Shown here one piece after another: positions 48,605 through 63,150 of a DNA stretch of 64,000 nt. The stretch's first letter is position 1, and every line of letters starts with the position of its first letter. The DNA comes from Podarcis gaigeae (lineage: Eukaryota): NCBI GenBank assembly GCA_964106915.2, contig OZ066919.1, one strand, 5' to 3'. The notes beneath the pieces are model-generated. The model was not told the origin of the DNA. It saw only the letters and a program-made list of their open reading frames with translations, and searched no databases. The translations under genes were made by a program, and so were the position numbers.

Positions 48605-51600
48605 TCAGATTGGAACAAAGCCAGTCCTTGATCTCAGCACACACATACAGGCACACAACCAATCATACTTTCCAGTAGCTACTGCTGCATTGTGGGCTTT
48701 TAACTTCTTTGTGATATGAAGGTTGCACCTGAGAAGCATCATACAGTTGGAGACCTGCCTGCTCACCTCACTACCACTGCATGACTCCCTTGACCGAGGC
48801 AGCTGTGCCTGTTTCCCCGAGGGTGACAAGTCTCCCTTTCTTGTCAGCGCATCCTCTTACTGTTGTCATAGTTACCAGTGCTGGGTGTCCTTTATCCCAT
48901 GGAACTCTCCATAATGAGGAGCATAATGAAAGGAGCATTTCAAAGGAAAGGGCAGCATCAACAGTCAGCTCACTCTGTCCCCATGGAGTGAACAGAGTTG
49001 AGAATCCTACACTGGGGCAGGGTGGTGGTGGAATCCTGCCTCCCAGACTTGATTTATTTTTACAGAGGAACAGCTGTGCCACCACTCCACACCCTCAAAG
49101 GCTATTCTTGCTCCTAACTTTTCCCCTAACATTTTTCTATTTACACTGTTCCCTTACTATTGGATCAGAAACTTATTCCTGCACCCAGGAGGTACCAGCA
49201 TAACTCATAAAGCTGCAACATCTATCTTTCCTGAAGCCATCACGAAGGCCACATTCACACCATGCATTTGAAGCACCTTGTAGCCCCTTTAAACAGTCAC
49301 AGCTTCCCCCAAAGAAGCTTGGGAGTTGTAGTTCATTAATGCTGCTGGGAATTGTCACTCTGAGAGAGACTCTTATTGACAGAAGATGCTGTTCCCCCTA
49401 GTTCTTATGTGTGTTTCCCCACTTCAGTTGTGTCCTGGTGCTACTTTACAACTAAAATGTGCTTCTGGACTCTGACTCAAGAAGCTTTCTTGAGCTTCAT
49501 GTCTCTGTTGCCCAACAGCGAGCGGAGGGGGCTGCATGGGGCACATTTCTGTCCAGATTCTTTGCTGGGGCAATTCCATGAGAATATAAAGCTTCCTTAT
49601 ACAGAGTCAGGCCATTGGCTCATCTAGCTCAGAGGAACCTACTCTGACTGCACCATTATGCAATGTGCTACTGCCTTATCAGGGTGTCTTATCAGGTCTT
49701 ATCAGGGTGTGGCCCCATTTATCGGTGCGACACCATTGCCAGGTGCTGTAGTAGGGAGTCAAATGTGTCCTCAGGCTTCCAGTAAGAACAGACACCATTG
49801 CTTACTAATAGAACATAACTGCTTATTTTAATATAAAATACAACTGAGGCCTACAGCCTCTAACAACAATCAGGCATCTTATCAAATACACAAATAACAA
49901 CCAGGGGGTTCTTTTCCCTAATCTCCCTCCAGAAGGCAGATGGACCCACCTACAATTAGTGACTCTTCATTCTCCTGGTGCTGTTGCATGCACTTGGCTA
50001 CACCCAGTTTAGGCCATGAAATATTATTCTGTTGGGAGGAGGGTTAATTTGATGCAGCACCATGACTGCTGTAGGGCTAGATGGAAGGAAGGGGTTGTGC
50101 TTGTTGTTGCAACTTTATTAGTTATGCTGACATTGCATTGCTGGCTGCACATAGGATCCTGCCTACCTTATATCCTCTCAGCTGCACAGGTATGGTGACT
50201 ATCTTGCAGGGGTCATAAGACCAGGGAGCAAATATTTAATTTTCAAGTGCATAGGAGCCAAAACTAATATCCTCCAGGAACTGATTTATTGGCACAAGTA
50301 AGAGGATTAGCAAAAGGATGAAAAGGGATGTGTCTCCTGGCAGGAGGTTAACTAGAAGTACTTAACCCATCAAAGAAGTTATTCTGAATTATACAGGTCG
50401 TTTATAGGCAGATGGGCAATTCCTCTATTTAGGAATAACTGTTTGGCATTTGGCAAATGCAGAGGTCAGCAGGGAACATGTCCCTCACCTAGGAAGAGAG
50501 TGGGGACGATTTGAGTTCAGATACCCTAATGCAGGCTTGTTGTCAGTTGTCAGCTTTCAAACTAAATCTGACTGTCATTTTGCTTGCAGCAAACGTAACA
50601 AGCCATAATTCTATACAGTATATGATTCAGGCATACAACAAGGTTTACACAAGATCCTCCTGCTCCTGGTTTTCTTTAGCTTTCTGCAGTTCTGTGTTAC
50701 TGTGGTGGGGGCAGGCCTTTACCTTCCTGCAAGATTTCATTAAAACCAACGTTCAGTTGGAGCCCCAAAGCAGGCAAAATACCATGCAACAATGCTTACC
50801 CTTTGCAAGTCTGAGCTTGAATAAAATAGCCAGGAAGAAATTACACCAAAAATACCACACTTCCTTCTTCCAAACTGAGGCACTTACTGCTTTTCCTTTG
50901 CTTCCTCTTTATGAATTAATCTGACTGCAGTTGGCTGTGTAAACAGTGCTCGGCGGAGGCCAGAGACTGTGAGGTAGCAATTCCAGCCAAGACACTGGAG
51001 ATGATATGCTGAATCAATCTAGAATAACAGAAAATGTACATTGTGGGCTGGCAGCACAGCGATGCAGTCCCAGAACTGGCCTCATTCTGAAAGGCTATTT
51101 TTTATCCCTTACAGTCTCGTTATGGAAATGGATCCCACCCTAGCATGAATAATTCACAAAGCCATCAATCTCCGTGTCCAAATATCAATGTTACAAGGGG
51201 AGTCAAAGAGCACTTAGGACTAAAAGCTTCACTAAAAGGCACGTCCAGGCAGGTGGGGGGGGGGTGAGGGAAGGAGAATAAGGGTTTGCCCAGCACTGCA
51301 GGGAAAGGAAGCCGGCAGCACCTGGGGTTGCCAGATCAACCTTTCAGACATCAGAGGCTACTAAGAGCCAGAAAACATAGTAAAATTAAAAATACAGAGA
51401 AGGAGGAATGAGGAAAAAGTGATTGGTGACACATTATAATCACAGGCAAGACAGATTTCCCAGGTTTCAGGCAGCCTCCCAGAGAAAGAAGCATTGGTAC
51501 TGATTATAAACCCTGACATGATTCCAAGGAACAGCAATTTTCCCAGCAACTGTATCTTACCCACATTATCTCATATAACAGAAATTAGTGTGGTGCTGAG

Positions 51601-54600
51601 AAACTGGATATCAGCAACCGCTGGGGGAGTGAGAAGCCCACATCAAGGCAGAAAGTAACACTCAGGAAATCAGGGAAGCCAAGTCGGCTAGCATTGCGTA
51701 GCCTAAGTCATCCATCTCCATCTGAGCCTCTGCCCCAGCCTCGAGTGCCACAGTGCACAGCGCTGATTACTGAAAGGCACAAGCTGGCCCTGCCTGCCCA
51801 GATGCATTCTCATCCCAGCATTGCCCCAGCTCAACCTCAGCAAAGCACCAGGTGATGGAGCTACTGATACAGCTTTTTGCGGACAGAGGCTCCCGTGCCG
51901 CAGGGAGTGAATTAATTTGCTTCGTGTATCAGTTACTTTACTAACTAGATCTCAGCTATTTAAACCTCAGCCAGTCCACCCCGCTCCCCAGGGGAACGCC
52001 CCTGGCAACAATGCTACACTCCATTGTAAGTGGGGGTAAAGAAATACTCACTCGGGGGCTTTGACCTAGGCCAGGGGGTGATGGACCCATCTGGAATTAC
52101 CAGATGCTATCTCTTAGACACACACACACACACACACACACAGGGCTGAGAAACCTCCTCTTCACTACCTTTCCCAGCAAATGGCACAGCCAGCAATGTG
52201 GAAGTGTAGTGTCCAGGCAGACTGTCTCACCAGGGGGCACCGCAGAGTCACACATACTGTCAACGAATGCTTGGCAATTCAGGATACCCTGTGAATAGTG
52301 GAACAGGATGGTGCCCCAGCCCAGAGCACCTCTGGGGTGAGATATTATAATAGGCTGGGAATTCCAGTGACAATCAACTTTATGTTTAGCTCACTGGGGT
52401 GCTTGTGGGTGAGCAAGGAGTGGTTTGTAAAAAAAAAACCTGAGGAGTTCCTATGCTTCCAGCTAACTTCTGAGGATTCCGATCCTGCAACACACACTTG
52501 CACCAGGGCACAGAACTGCAGTAAAGGGTGTGGGCTGGATGTGGGCTATGCTGGGCAGATATGGGCTGGGCACTACTACTTTTGCTGTCTCTGTAATTTG
52601 TTCTTATGTAGATGCGCCCAGTGTAAATACTGAACAAGAGGTTACCAGAAGGTGAAAACACCTGCGCAAGTGAGTAGTGAATGTGAAGAAAAGAGATGCA
52701 AAATCCGAAAGAGAGAGCAGCACACCTACAGAATTGCCTGCAAGGCAGTCAGGAAGTGGTGTTGCTACACTGCATTTTGTCCAGTTACCTTTTCCTCCCC
52801 TCACCCCCTCCATACCAAGAAGGCATTGACTGGGGCTACAGTACTAACAAAGGGAATCATGGTCCTGGCCAAGAGTTGAGAATCTCTGAGGGAAAACCCT
52901 TCCCCATTCCTCCACAGTTAGCATGGTACCTATAGAAACACGCCATGAAGCTGGGAGCTCAGGTTTATGAAAGCACTCAAACCAGAAAAACCAGCTGTGG
53001 GACTGGTCTGTTTTTGCCTGCATTACACACAGACACACAGTTTTGAGTTCAAGGGAAAAGTGGGCGGGGAGTGGCTCTTTCATTACCAGGCAGATAGTGT
53101 GATCATATGTAAGAGGCTGTGCCTGAACTAGCACAAATCCTCGGGTTTTCACCTGAGAACTGCACAGCTACATGTTTCAGTTAAACACTACAAGGGTGCG
53201 ATTGCAAAACCGGGGTACATGATCTGCACCACAGATCGGCACAGCAATGATTCCCCCTGCTGTACCACCATCTGCACAATGTCAGGGGCTGTGCCAGTCA
53301 GAGCTGGATAATTCTGTGCCACATCATTGCTGGGGATACATATGCATGGGAACCTCCTACAGTTCTAACTTGGCTAAGCCAGAAGCACAAGGAAAGGACC
53401 TAATTAGCCGGTATGAATCATCACAGTGTTTCCCCATGCTGTCATTGTGGATTCCCTCGTGCAGACTGCTTGGGTCTTTGGTGGCTCTGCAGTCAGCATT
53501 GGCTGCAGTACAGACAAGAGAGGAAATTGTTTTGGTTTACCAGAGACCACTATAAGCTTCTATGTAGGCTGAAAGAGATTAGGTGCATTAAAGACGGCAT
53601 CCAGTTTTTGTAAGTAGATGCGCCAATGTGCTTTGCCTGAAGAGCTAAAGAGTGTATTTAATTCTTGTTCCCACTTCCTGACACATCAGAACTGCGGAGA
53701 GAGCGAAAGATGTATTTGTACCCAACCGTGCAGAAGTGCTCCTAGCACTTTAGGTGAATTGCATGATTGGTAAATGTATGTGGCACATGTGTCTGTACTA
53801 AGGCTGTGTACACTGAAAGATTTATTGGAAGTGGATTTGTGTAAATGTTATGTAAATGATTTTTGTCTGTGCTGTGTATATACTTAGCCGTGCTAATTCT
53901 TCGGTTCAAATATAAATGTAGAATTTACTTATTTATAAACAGCATATTAATGTTCATGGCCATTTGCAGAGCAAAGTAAGGAATAAGCTCCTGTTCCAAG
54001 GAGCCTGGTCTTAATTGTCTGTGACACTCAAAATAAGCTCAGATGCATTCGATATATCTAATTCAGATGGTTCTGTAACAGCAAGCAAACTGAGCAGGAG
54101 GATCACTTCAAACACCTGTCATGAGCCAGGGCAGTTTAAGGGAAAGGAGATGTCTATAGAACACTTTGCTGGGGCTGGTCTGAAATGCAAAAACGCTCAC
54201 AGCAGATTCAAGCAGATCCACACATTGTAATGCTCAAGCATACGGTGTCAGATGGGTATGAAGCAGAGGTTGCCTACATTTTTTAACCAGTGGGCACATT
54301 TGAACTATGAAAGAGTGCTGTGGATGCAAGTTGCAAAATGGCTCCCATGGTCAGCATGGCATGGCACAAAATTAGAGAGACTACAGTCATGTTGAAGTTT
54401 CCCCCATAATGTATTTCCAATGCTAGAATCCTGTGGAATGTCCACCTGCCATACAGCTGTTAAAGGAGTAAGAGGTCTGTTTTCCCCCCAAACCCAAGCC
54501 TAGGCTCTCATCTAGGTTAAACAGAAACAGACTTGCCTCTGCATAGACATAGAATCATACTGCTGGAAGGGAACCTGAGAGTCATTAGACCCAACCCCAT

Positions 54601-57600
54601 GCAATGCAGGAATGCATTTGTTTCTGGGAAAATGGGATAGAAACATCAAACCAAACCAAAACCATCCTTTGCTGGTTATTTATTGTCCACTTGTTTACAC
54701 ATGAGTGTCCCAAAGCGACTTAAGAAGAATAGAAACAACAACAAGGGATGTGTTTGCCAGCTTCTGTCCTGACCAGACTCCCTCCCTCCCTTTCCTACCT
54801 TACATCTCCTGGGGAGGCATTGTACAAAGGACAGAGAGAGCAGCCTGGCTTCTGCCCATCAGCTACTTTGGCACTGAAGGGGTAGGGGTTTTCTTGGGGG
54901 GGTCACCTGAGGGTGGTCCAATCAGGTACACAGGCAGGGCAGCTCCAAGTGCCCTTTCCCTCCCCCTAACTTCTCTCCCCCTCCTCAGAAAAGAGGTGGC
55001 AAGACATGGCAGCCTGCAATGTAAAGCTGGTTATTTTGCCAGGATATTATGTCATCAGTTCCTCTCTGCCCTGCTTCAACTGCCTGTTTTATCACATCAG
55101 CAGAATTAAGAAAGTGATTAAATATAACCAAGATGCAGACTTTCAGCCCTGGTGGGATGCAAAGCCTGGTGGAGAACCCTCTGCTTCCTCTCCTTTTAAT
55201 TTAGAAGTCCCATCATGAAGACTGATGCAGGAAGAAATATGTGAGAGGACCTATCCACTACCATGAAAATGGAGGCACAATTTTGATAGAACAGCATCAG
55301 TTACAGAATGAGGGCTGGCAGGATCACAGCAGGATGGGTTGCCAAAGTTGTTTACCTTACCTTTACTTTGTTGTTGTTGTTTTTTAAAACATATTATTCA
55401 AGAATCCTTTGTGCTTTTGAAAGCTGCATGACAGACAGAGCAGTAACAGGTTTGTTAGCATGTATAACAAAACAGATGAGTGTGGCAAGAATCAAATCAA
55501 GTTAAGGTATAACATGCTGAGTTTTCTGGCAAAGGAGAAACTGGAGATGGGTAGAATTGTGGGGGAAATTGATAGTTTTTATACCAGTTCGGGCCCACAC
55601 AAAACTGCACTGAGTGGCCTGCTGTGTAATGGTTAAACAGAGAAGAAGGAGATGAGCCTTGCCTGGCTCACATTACAGATCCCCATGCCTGTGTCCCCTT
55701 CCCAGCACACCATCCTCCCACCTAGGGGCTTTGTTGTACACTGCTGGTGCAATCAGGGCCTGTGGGCTGGGTGCTCAATCTCTTCTCCATCAGGGTAATT
55801 AATGGGCTCCAGGGCTCACTCTGTGCTTCCGAGTTAATTGCTACATGCTGCAAACGCCAGGGAGACGGCAAGGAACATGGGCAACAAGCAATAGATTAAG
55901 CAGCATTAAGCAGCAAATCACTAGTTCTCTGTGGCTGCTGTGCCCAGGGTCTGCTGCCCTGCCAAGACCTCTTCCATGCACAGAAGCCAACCCTTGTGGA
56001 ACTTTGTGCTGTCTGAGCCCCTGCTTCACCCAGTATGTCACATTCAGTAAGGTCCCTTTGGCACCTGCATAGCCAATGCAGTGTCTTCCTTGAATGCGGT
56101 GGCACCATCTTTAGAGCAATGGGAGAAAGTATTCTGGGTCAAAATGTGGTGATCGGAGAGCCATTGCAGGGATGAATCAGAAGAGATTTCCCTTTCCTCA
56201 CCCCTGTCTGGAAATAGGATGGTTTGCTGCTTCTAGCAGAGTGGTGGATTCCAGGCAGGCACAGCAAATCCAAAGTTGAACCAATCATTCTTCAGCAATG
56301 CTGGCAGGGATGAGTCTTTGCAGTGCCTTCAAATGATTTTGCAGGCCAAATTACATGACAGCCCATTCCATCTTAAGACACAGGTCACTTTTCAATACTC
56401 AGGGGCGGTCTGAGGCATTTTGGCACCTGAGAAGAAATGCACTGCTGCTGCCCCTGTGGTGTGTGTGTGTGGGGGGGACAAACTCCAAACTTCCTTGCTG
56501 AGTTTGCCCCACTGGGCAGAACAGGGGGTATATTTTTTGTATCCTCGTTCCCTGCTGGCAACAGAGCTGGGGGGTGGAAGGCCTCCCCTCTTGAGGACTC
56601 AGCAGGAGGGGAGACATTCCACTGAGCTTTGCTGCTGGTTCCTCTTTGCCCCTAGAGGGGTGCAGGGGGTGGCACTTCAGGCAGCAGCCTCATCCTGCCT
56701 CATTGGCTGTGCCAATATCAGACTTGAGCAAGCAGGCTTGATCTTCACAGAGGGCTGATACTCTTTGCATCCTTCCCAAGAAAGGAGTTCCTCAAATTCC
56801 TTCTATGCAAGCTCTGCAACAACATGGGGTTCCCGATCCTAGCCAGCACAGTATAAGTAAGTCATTTCAGTGTAACAGAGCTCTTCCAGTATAGCAGGGG
56901 CTCTGCACTATGACGGGGAACAGAAGATGCTTGCAACCTACACAGAACAATGTTTGCCAGCCCCCCAGCTATGCACTCGGTTGGCAGGCAGCCCTCAGGT
57001 TCCGAGCTGCTTGGTAAATCTTGTGCCAGCAAGCACCACTGTATGCCCTAATGGATAGAATAAATGGAAAGTTGCCTGTCTGGGACGAATTGCAAATCGC
57101 ATTATGGGACCATGTCCAGATATCTAACATACTAATAGTTCCCCAGCTCAATTAGACACTGACATACACACATGCCCCCAACAGTCCCCAAGCGAAGGCT
57201 TAAACAGTTGGAGCCTGCCGCTGGTTAATTTGCACAGCACCAGAACAGAAGGGTGGAGCCCCCAGCTGTGCAATCAAAGGGTAGGAGGGTTTTGGAATTA
57301 TCAGACCACACCTCTAATTGCAAAAGGGACAAAAGGCATCGGCATGCAGTGTGTGCCCACCATTTGTGGCAAGCAGGACCAGGGTTATAGAAATAATTAC
57401 TGTCATAGATATGAAAATTGTGAGGACCAGGAGTTACTCTGTACGATCTGATGTATGAAATTAATGTAGAACACTGTGAAATGGAATTTCCATAACACAA
57501 AGCCACATAACAACGTCTCACATCATCAAATTTCAGAGGAGCTTTCTGAAGCCAAAAAAATCACAGTGTGGAGAAGAATATTAACTAAAATGTAAATGTC

Positions 57601-59689
57601 ATGGGGGAAACTAGCATTTGTAAATGCCCATGACAGAGATCATGTCCTCAAGTTATGCTTACTGATCAGGATAGGCTCATATACCTAAAAAAAAAGAATA
57701 CATTGATATGGTGGCATAGTGAATTTATGCAGGTGAAATGTTAATGCTGCACTGGTGGTAGGTTGTGCCAGTGAGATCCTGATGCATGAGAGACAGCATC
57801 AGTGCAAGAGGTGAAATGGGTGGTGTAGGGGGCATAGTTGCAACATATAGTCCCTTGGGGTTTGCTCCTGCTGTCTGTGTCAGTGTTACAACAAACCAAG
57901 AAAGTAGTTTAAGTAAACATAACTGGAGAGCCCAAGACACCACACCCTGCAACTCTGCAATTACTAGACCCACATGGCACAAGTCTGCATTATTTTATCC
58001 CCATATTAATAGAAACGTGATCACATAAGTGGTTACTTGGGCATGGGAAAGTTTACTAAAAAGAACCACTTAGCACAAGGGGAACATTTTACTCATACCA
58101 CAAATACACACAGCTAGTAACAAAGTAGGAAATGCAGATGGGGACTTCTGTTCTCAGATGCCTTGTGGAACTTCACAAACACCCACCAGGAGCTGGGACT
58201 TTAGGAACATAACATGCCACTCATACAAGCCGAGAATCAGAGACTCATCTGGGAGGGGGAGCAGATTCCTCAGATATGACCCCTTAATATTATCCTCTGC
58301 CACCCCAAGCATCTGGTCATGCTTAATGCACTCCAGTATCCAGAATCACAGACTGTCTCCCCATCTATTCACTAAAATATGGGGGAAATGTGTGCTGGCT
58401 TAAAGCTCTGCTACTCAACAGCAGTGCCTCCCTTCCACAAAGATGACTTGGATAAGTGTGCACCTTGCATTAAAGGGTGGACTGCTGACCACAAACTCAT
58501 AGCAATCTCCCACTAGGTACTGTGGGAGGCAGTTTTGGTGATGAACACTAAGCTTCCCAAGTCCACTCATTTGTGAGCTATTTTGTCAAGTATGGAGTAT
58601 ATAAATGTTGTTAAATAAAGACTAAATAAATTGTTATTGCTAGTCATAGTGTTCCATCTCATTCCGCCTTGTAGGGTGAGAGGAAGAACACATGGCAGCA
58701 GAACAGAGTTCTAATGCAACTCCATGCAGTGAGCATTGCCAGCGCATTGTCTCAATGGCAACATTTGCTCCCCAAGAGGTGACTTCCCAGGCATAGACAG
58801 CACAGGGGCAACCAGTTGAATGCATACCCATTGGAAAAGTGGGGAGCCTGGCTGTGGAATGGTGAAGTGCTTAAATGAAAAGCATCTTTTTTCAATTACC
58901 CATGCAAACAGCACATAATAATAGGCAGCTTCTACCAATTGTACTTCACTATCCCCATGTTCCTCTTATCTCTCTACAGGCAACTAGGCAGTGTTCCAAG
59001 ACTCACAGAGGCAAGATGCTGCTCCCCCCACCCTCTTTAATGCAGACTTCAAGCAAGGCTTACAGCAGCAACAAGAGGAGGAGAAGGAGGAAGCAGGCTG
59101 CATAGGGCCAGTGCAAATCCAGCTGCTGCTAGTGTTGCCAGTTTTTTGTTCTTGCAGGACTCCCCTGTCTTTGAAAGGTGTCTGACAGACAGAAAAGTTG
59201 CAGGTGTACTTTTACCCAGCATGGTGGTGTGCCGCTGGCAAGCAAAGCTATAGCTGTTACTCCTCTTTCTACCCCGAAGTTTTCAGAGGCACAGGAGCCT
59301 TACAAGTGCAGCAGCCTCTATTCCTTTGTGATCCTCCCTGCACTCCTTCTACCATTTGTATCACCTTTGAACCTCCAGATGTTGCTCAGCTACAGCTCAC
59401 ATTATCCCTGGCCACTGGCTATGCTTGCTGGGGCTGATGGGAGTTGTAGTGCAGCAACATATGAAGGGACAAATGTTCTTTTTTTGCTGAATTTCTGCTC
59501 TCACAATAGTTAAGCAGTACCTTATTCTTCAGTTAGGTAAATTTAGAGTCCGGTTTTAATAGTCTTATGGGGGACTTCCTCTTTATAGATAATAATTTGT
59601 ATTACTGTTGTAAGCTAGTTCTTCTGCAGCTGGAGGCCCTCCTGTTCCTTCTGTTGAGTAGAGGTCCTGGACTTCTGTTCCAAAGTCAT

Positions 59690-59985
59690 AAGAATACTCA
59701 CTCCCACAAGACAGAGTGATGGACAACTTGGATGGCTTTAAAAGTATATTGGACAAGCTAATGGAGGATAAGTCTATTAGTGGCAACTAGCCATGATTGC
59801 TATGTTGTATCTCCACTGTTGGAAGCAATATATGCCTCTCCATAGCAGATGCTGTAAATCAAAAGCTGAGAGACTGCTGTTGTGCTCAGGTCTTCCTGTA
59901 GGCACCCAAATAGCCACTGCTGGAACAGGATGCTGAACTAAATAGGTCTTTTCACCTGATTCAACAGGGTGCTTCTTATGATCTT
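59690..59985 (+). mobile_element. CR1-like LINE 3' end
   Basis: aacttggatggctttaaaag...ttggacaag...ggaggataagtctat...gcttcttatgatctta. Confidence 0.65.
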
Positions 59986-62813
59986 AGCTGACACTGAAAG
60001 GAGACCTTGCCTTGATTGAGCCTTGGAACACAGCTCCTTCGTGTTTTTTGAACCTACCATGGTAGAGGGAAAATGTACCATGGTGGTTTCTAGTCATGGC
60101 AAAGCTCTTATGTTCATGCTTGGAACTGTGCTTGGAGAACTGAGCTCTTTTCTCAATTAGCTATTACTAACTTGCTCAGTTTATTCCCACCCTCTCAGTA
60201 AAACTTCGAACTCCCGCCTATTCACCTGCTTGACTTCGCCCCTCCAACCTCTTTGCTCCCCACCCACCTGTTTACTTGGCTTGTTGCTCTGGCAGTCATA
60301 GGTTAGAGGAAGATTTCTCTCTCCTCTCCCCCTCTTTGGTGCTCTGCAAGCCAGGTATGCAAGTGGGTGGCAGAGAGGGAGGATGTTTTCAACTTGGATT
60401 AAAATTGAGCCAGAGAAGTACTTTTGGGGCCGTGGAGTTCACCTCACATTTGAGGTGAGCATTAGGAGCTGATGAAATCCACATTTCAAAAGCCAGGAAA
60501 AACAAAATTCAGCAACCTCACTGGCGCCAACTTTGGTAGTCTTTCAGCTTTATTGCAGCACTTGCAGAGGACGACTTCCCAATAGGTTCATGTTAACCCT
60601 GAAGTCAGATTGTCACTGTGCAACAAGAACAACCATTGAGATTTAGTACCAGTCAGAAGCAGTCCTCTGCCCAGACACAAACAGTCCTCCCCTATAGGAC
60701 TTGCACTGCTGAGACTGCAATGGAATCAGACAAAGGCTACTCACTCAAATAGAGACTATTAAGAACACTGGAGAAATAAAAGGAAATATAAGCTCTTGAG
60801 CACCTGTTTGGAGCGGGTGCTGTCCAGGCCCTAATGAAGTTCTTATTTCTTTGCCAGCCACTTCAGGTGCAACCAGACATGCTGCAAGAGATTAGGATCT
60901 CCCATGTTGTTGTTGTTTTTAATTAACAGCAGCCATAGGGTGGAAAGGAATCTGATCAGGGAGGTGGCGCCAAGGGAGAAGGGATGGTTTCCCCGGCTTT
61001 CCCCCCATTAAAATCCCTTACACTATTTGCCCCAAAGATACAGTAGCTGCATTTTCCTCTGAAGGAGAAAACTTTCATGCATCACATGGTTACCTGCAAG
61101 CTTTCAACCACAGAACAAATCACAGCTTGGATATGTGCTATGGCTCAGTGGCCGAGCTTTGAATGCAAAAGATCTTAATTTCCATCCCCAGCATCTCCAG
61201 GTATGTCCAGGAGGGACCCCATCTGAAACCCCCAAGTCAGTGTGCACAAAACTAAACTAGATGGCCCAAAAGTCTGACTCAGTAGAAGCTCCTTGGGAGA
61301 GGGGGTTTAACAGGGAAACGCTACAGGGAAAAGTGTTAAGTCCCCCCTCCCCAACACTGCAGTCCCAATTCATATGCACACCCACACACCCCTACTATTA
61401 ATCTTTCTTAAAACCAGGAGAGATTCTAATCTCAGTTCCGTGTCACATCTGGTTTGGCCCTGAGGCTTCAGTATCTTATTACTTCAGGTGTCAATGCAGG
61501 TGAAGCTGGGGAGGAGGGCAACCTGCTTTTTCATCTTCTAGATAATCTTAACCCTGCCAGCCAAAGGTGTTTGCTTCTCCAGTTCAAAGAAGGCGATCTT
61601 TCCTTTCCTGCATCCTGCCCTTGCCTGAAGTGGGGTTGGCCTTTGAGTCCTTTTCAGGGCAAGGTGTGTGTGTGTGTGTGTGGTGGTGGGGAGAGAACTT
61701 CTACTGATGTCATCCCCTTGCCCCCACTTCCTGCCATTCATAGCTACCAAATCACTCATCTACTGAGCTAGATGAATGCAAGTGATGGTGACTCATCCCT
61801 GCATACGCTGTGGGCTCGAGACGCTTTGTGTTTTGATTGTTACTTGAATTACTAGTGAATATTTTATTGTAGGGATCAGGAAACTGTCACATTTCTATTA
61901 TCACTCTCTATTCATTTCCTCGGCATCCTTGGCAAGCTTCAGAGCCCATCAAAGAATGACAAATGGCATTAAGTATAGGGATCACTTTGCTGCACCCACG
62001 GCTGAAATGAAATCTCTTTTGGTGTGGGATGGAGCAGCCACAGAACAATCCACCAAGAGAGGCTCCCAGCGCTTCTTAGGCCCACGTGTCACATACAATA
62101 CACATTTTCTACATGGAAGTCAGTTTTGTGTCAAAAACACACAGTGTCAGAGGCAAGCTAGGTCAGTGGGTGGCCATAACTGGATTTAGACCTAACAGGT
62201 GTGTTGTCTGGCACAGGGTTCCCATGCTGAACAGCCTTCTCTGTTGACCATGCAAAGGCAGGATATCATGTTTGCAAAACCAGAATATTTTTCCTGCCAG
62301 CCAACTACATTCCTTAGAACAGTCCCATTACAGCCAGTACATTCCCCCCCCTCCCTGAGCTTCCTCCTAGTGAAAACCCAACTCTCCATATATTTTGATC
62401 ACCAGATGTTTCCATCTTTCCCCCTTCATTTTTCTTTTACACTATGCATATAATGTGCCTAGTGCACTGGTAGATTTACCCCTGTATCTTTGACACTCTG
62501 TTGGTTAGGGTAGCAACAGAGCTCTAACAGTTGCTCACATAGATCTCATAACCATATAAATTATGAAGTCTGCAACAAAGAAATGGGCTTAAAATGCATC
62601 CTTTCAAATGTGTTTGCTGATACCAAGTGTACCTCTGAACTTTTCTCCTGAAAGTCTTTGGTCTTATGCAAATCATATGCCATTGTCTATTGTTTAGCTC
62701 TCTGCTTTGCCTACAGTTGCAAAGAACATTTGAAGGGAGGAGGGATGGATGAAAAGGCGATTGTTGCAGTTCCACAACTTTAAATCACATTCAATTGTTT
62801 AATGTATTTTATC

Positions 62814-63150
62814 GGTTAAACCACAGAGCATAGGACTTGCTGATCAGAAGGTCGGCGGTTCAAATCCCCGTGACGGGGATGAGCTCCCATTGCTCGGTCC
62901 CTGCTCCTGCCAACCTAGCACTTCAAAAGCATGTCAAAGTGCAAGTAGATAAATAGGTACCGCTTTGGCAGGAAGGTAAACGGCGTTTCCGTGCGCTGCT
63001 CTGGTTCGCCAGAAGCGGCTTAGTCATGCTGGCCACATGACCCGGAAGCTGTATGCCGGCTCCCTCGGCCAATAAAGCGAGATGAGCACCGCAACCCCAG
63101 AGTCGGCCACGACTGGACCTAATGGTCAGGGGTCCCTTTACCTTTACCTT
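62814..63150 (+). mobile_element. Near full-length Sauria SINE (lacertid type)
   Basis: ggttaaaccacagagc...B-box ggttcaaatccc...(ACCTTT)n tail; many CpGs retained, suggesting a young copy. Confidence 0.93.
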
